From Anthoceros angustus (lineage: Eukaryota > Plantae > Anthocerotophyta), in NCBI GenBank assembly GCA_010909165.1, contig VJWM01000204.1:279232-343231 (forward strand): a DNA stretch of 64,000 bases, given 5' to 3'. This document shows, one piece after another, positions 59,560 to 64,000 of the stretch. Made by a program: the position numbers and the translations under genes. The notes beneath the pieces are model-generated. The model worked only from the letters and a program-made list of their open reading frames with translations. It was not told the origin of the DNA and ran no database searches. How positions within the stretch are numbered: position 1 is the stretch's first letter; every line of letters begins with the position of its first letter.

Positions 59560-61130
59560 TGGGAGTAGATGGGACATTATTCAAAACTCCAAACCCTCGT
59601 CCGTGACCAAGATTCATCTGGAATATTGTTTACCCTCATCACAAGAATAAGTCTCGCTACCACCTCGCTTCTCGGTAATTTTGAATTGATGGAAAGATAT
59701 ATTGTGCAACCTGCTTCACCGCTGCAACTCGCTTATAGCCAGCCCTACCATAAGGTATTGGCCACACGACTGAAGTCCGGAACTTCTTTCACCTCCATAA
59801 TTTGTGGTTTGGGCGATATGCATTCTCCAAAATACCGGCCATTTAAGCAGCGTGAAAGCTTCCTTCCGCAAGCAATGCTGAAAACCTCGAAAACATCCGT
59901 CAACTAGTCATGTGTGCCCAACCAGTGAGGAATTCTACTTTTACCTTGAAAACCTTAAGCTCTACCAACATATTCGACAATAATAAAGGCATTCTTATTC
60001 TCCCGCAAGATTGTCGAGTTGAAGGTATAGGACCTTTGGTAGTAGTCCTCGTAATTTGAAATGACATCTTTGGATATTGGCTATAGTCGAGTTTGCATCG
60101 TTAGGATGTTCCGTATGCCATGAATAGTTCCGCCGACATGGTGTAGTTATAAATCATGCACCCCACAACATGGACGTCGATCAAACCTACATCGGCGGTC
60201 CTTGGGTAAGCAGCGTGAAATGTGGAAGGCGTGTCTTCTTGGTCCATCCGTCGATGGATATCCCGATATACTTTGCCGGTCTCCATAACATTTCACGCGG
60301 TGCTTGATGCATTTTCTCTCTCGGACTTGATGTGCCCTCGGATCGACTTCAAATGCTTCGCAAAATAATCACCCAAACAACGTTGAGGAATAAGCCGCTC
60401 TGGCAGGAATAACTGCGAGTCGCGTGGCCGGCGCCTTTCACTCGCCTCCGGTCGGCCCGGCCGGTTGTCGCCGGTGGCCGGCGCCGGTCGCGCAATAATA
60501 GCGCGGTAGCGCTAACCATGGTGGCCGCGCACCATCTACTTTGTAAAAACAATTTCATCAAGCCTCACCTTGTTTTTCTCTGTTTTTCTCGCTCTTTATA
60601 TTTCGTTTGAGGTAATCGCAGTTGTGCACAAGGCAAACCGATTGCTCTTGAATTTTGACCTTGTGGAAGTCACGTAAAAGTGACAAAAGTAGGAATGAGA
60701 AACATTGTCTTCGAGCCTGCATATGTTGCTTGTATTCTTGAAACACCTCGCCTTTTGAGTAAGAGTCGGAAGGTGATACACTTCAATGTTTGGCATTCTC
60801 GGCAATAAGCATAAGCAGTTGGTTCATCCACGAGCTGCGGCATCTTGATTCGATCGCCTTCGTATGAAGGCGGACCACGCAATGTTCCGACTGCTCTCGC
60901 TTTCGCTTCTTCGTACCGGCTAGACCCGATACAATAAACGCGTCTGAAGGCCTCTCTACAACAATACACTTTTCCTCGTCCGACAAGAAACGAGTCTACC
61001 CTAACCCTTCCATCGCTCCCATAATCGACATCAAAAGGGATTGTAGGTGCATCTCCGCTCCTGCACATTCTAAGGAACCGATACCTCAAATCTCGAAGGT
61101 TGCCTTCCCTATTGTCCTCAAGCATTGTCT
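59560..61130 (-). mobile_element. Decayed DDE transposase remnant, Sola-like (IDGMDQ / QLDN-C-xENKN / GHTH family)
   Basis: Frameshifted pieces YCCREAFRRVYCIG, MPN..YHLP..SKGEVFQEY, DFHKVKI..C, KHRVK..KY.GISIDG(M)DQ, LPKVLYLQLDN..RENKN, MLVELKVF..GHT(H)D. Confidence 0.65.
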
Positions 61131-63149
61131 ACCACAAGTTTGCGAAAATCACGGGTGTCTGAACCTCTTCACATTTCATCTCGGGCACTTTAGATTGCCT
61201 TTACCGATGCGTCTACGTGGTGGCCATGCTCGATAAATGATTCGGACCGGGCTTCAAATTATATACGCCTTTGTGGAGGTGGATGTTCAAAGGCGCATCA
61301 TCCTCTTCCTCCACACAGTTCCACCGAACGTCTTTGGGGCCACAGTGGAAACAGTATCTTCTAGATACAACCGGTGCAAACCGAGTTGGCATTCACCCCA
61401 AGCAGGCGGCCATATCCGAATTGTGTCGTCCGTGGAGCACTTCCCAGGAGTAGTCTTGCGGATGGCGGGATGTACGGCGAGGCTGTCTGGCGGAGAAGGA
61501 CTTCAGGGAATGGAGTCCAACATACTGAAATGGGCAGGTGTCTTCGGAATGGATGCATTTATCGCGTTCGGAAGTGGTGGAGGCGTGCACAGACGGATAA
61601 CACACATCGGAATCATGTTAAGAGACTTTGGAATGCAATCGATTTCGGGCACGAGTTTGCACGACGTACCTTCATCTAGTTCTCCCTCTTCATCTTGAAC
61701 ACCTTGACTGCCGATTGGCATTTCAGGCTGGGAACCGCGCCGTTGATGCCTCTGACCGTAGTTCAAATGACACACATCTCAGAAACGTGAAACAACATGG
61801 AATGTCAAAATATGCAAATAGTGCTTGCCCGTTTCCTTTGACTGCTCCGGCCACCAGACGCATGGCAGTCTTCTGTAGAGTGTTGCATATCGGGAGGAAT
61901 CTCGCTTACGCTAGCATCCAAGTCCTTTGACTTCAAGAACTCCTTCCACTGCTTCAACATCGGCAAATCTACAAGAGCTACCTGTGCATTCGAGGGGAGT
62001 AATGCACTTTGAATCAGGATCAAAGTCACAACAACAATTATAGACATGTGACATAAAGTGGTGACGTGTGGTGTTGGATGATCCATAATTGAAATTTGAA
62101 CTTATTGGGGCAAATCATAATAACTAAGCCAGGGTCTTGATGATGGGACCATACTAGCATCATATTCCAGTCCCAGAGAATAGGATCTTAAAAAAGCGTA
62201 ATGGTTGCAACAGGGTCTCCTTAGGGCTAGTGACACACTCCACTTTCCGGGGACGGGCCAAATATGTCATCAAAATTTGCACTTAAGAAAACTCGGAACG
62301 TTGACTTTGAGGGTTTGTGGGAAACGGCTGCTAAAAATACAACGCACAGTACACCCAAACCCATTCCACTTCATCAAAACTTGAAATTTATTGGCAATAT
62401 TTCCACACCTCGATGTCTCATGGTTAAACAAAAGAGGCATTCGGGAGAAAAGTAGAGATCCTTATAAATTTATGGCGTGACTAGAACATTTATTTAGGCT
62501 TTATTTCAATCTGTCACTTTTTGGGATACATTACGACCAAAGCTACCTTTACAAACCGCATATGGAAAAGTGTACAATCACATGTTACACAATTGACGTA
62601 ATGCATCACTAGCGGCTCACTGCTTGTGGGCCTTAGGGTTATTCATGTAAAATACATGGAATAATATTATTCAAATATACATCCCAAGGTACAAAGTATA
62701 TGCCGATGAATACATTTCGCTAATAAAGTATTGGAAAACCGCATGGTGTAGTTCACATGTAACCGCCTCTAGTCCATGCCATGTGACATTGACTGCTGGC
62801 TCATAGCTACCGTCCGGTGATTTTACAAAACATTCTGAATCGTGCATTCCCCAAACTCAAACCCCTTTTCCGCACACTTCATGTGCATCATGGCTTGCAC
62901 ATCGACGCTAAAACTTGACATACACAAAATCATGTGATTGCTGCCCCAACTCGACCCCGGAAGCCACGAGAAAGCTAAGCATCCAACCCCCTCTCCCTCC
63001 CTTTCTCTTCCCCCTCCGCCCGCTTCTAGTCTATGATCGCTTGCAAAAACCTAGGTAACCCACTTCACGCCTCCTATTCCAACAAGGTTCCTCCGCTTTG
63101 CCAAGGGTGTCCCCATCACTGCCTCGCCACAATGAACAGCCCGTTAGTG

Positions 63150-63830
63150 CATGCGACAACCATGCTCAACTTTAAAAGGTGAGAGGTAAGTGCTTACCCG
63201 CCTCCTTCACTTCCACCCGCCTCCCGCCTCCTCAAGAAGAACCTTCAAGAACCTGGTTGCATGGACTCACGGGCAAGGTCACGAAGCTTTAAACAATTGC
63301 TGGACCGGACAGTCCTCGAGCTCTTCCTTCACCCCTCCTTCCTCTGCGACGCTGTGCTGGAGTTGCTGCACCCTTCGTTTCGCCTCCAGGAACCCCTCCT
63401 TCGCTATCCTATAGTCCTTGTGGAATGGGTTTTTGCATCTGAAGACGCAAAGAGGCCACATTTACCCTCTATGTCGTTATAGTCCTAGGATTCGATCCCA
63501 AGGGAATGGTGTTGTGTCAAGGTGTGCTAAATCTATGGATTCTAGACCCCCCGTCGCTCGCTACCTCACCTTCTCGCCCACTCCCGCCCAAACCCACCAC
63601 CGTGGTAGACTCGGCCACCGCTGGCGGTTCGGCCATGTTGGGTATTCAGGGCGAATCAGGTTAAAATGACGGTACGCGCCTACCACAAGCTGACGTTGGT
63701 GGACCTCCTCCCCGGGCCGTGAACGGCCGGGAGTATGTCTCGTTGGGGTAAACGCAAGGGTGTTCCCACGGATGACAAGGAAGAAGAAACAGCTCCCCTC
63801 AATAAAGGGACTCCGACTCATGCGCCTGAT
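63150..63830 (-). mobile_element. Retroelement remnant related to the 14.2-26.9 kb insertion
   Basis: TAGGATTCGATCCCAAGGGAATGGTGTTGTGTCAAG (~63487) matches TAGGATTCGCTCCCAAGGGAATGGTTTGTGCCAAG (~22162); both encode PFPW.RIL on minus. Confidence 0.55.
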
Positions 63831-64000
63831 TCCTCATGGTATTAAGCTCCCATTGCCAGTCTCTATCCTCGTTCATTTTACTTCTAACGTTTCTGAAAAT
63901 TCTCCAAAATCTGAAAGTCCCGGCGATGGTTGTGTCCACCAGGAGAAAGGGGTCCCCAGCTGTTTCCATCAACAAGCCAGGTTTTGGGAACTTGTCCTCT

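Overview
Eukaryotic nuclear DNA from a seed-free land plant. The compact genome, ~80-140 bp introns, PLS-class PPR debris and cupin expansion fit a hornwort or Selaginella-like lycophyte (inference). About 2.2-50 kb is a heavily rearranged array of intronless germin-like protein (GLP/cupin) genes: 11 full-length copies plus 2 fragments. They are built from a repeated head-to-head pair, one A-type and one B-type promoter gene about 2 kb apart. The pairs are interleaved with PLS-PPR pseudogenes and a 5'-half CYP704 fragment. The array contains a ~9.3-9.8 kb inverted duplication (2.2-11.6 kb vs 28.1-37.8 kb), a ~2 kb tandem duplication and a ~5.4-6.4 kb direct duplication. One promoter pair is split by a 12.7 kb insertion with an 11-bp target-site duplication. 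Nested inside it is a very young Ty1/copia element (182-bp LTRs, 1 mismatch, TSD CCAAC) carrying extra 5' and antisense 3' ORFs. A multi-exon cytosolic isoleucyl-tRNA synthetase gene (50602-56893, minus) is flanked by GLP 3'-flank repeats and has a ~42-bp-stem hairpin upstream. Beyond it lie a decayed Sola-like DDE transposase and retroelement debris. Many GLP frameshifts fall in homopolymers and look like long-read errors, whereas the PPR and CYP lesions are shared between copies and look real. I found no rRNA, tRNA or CRISPR array.
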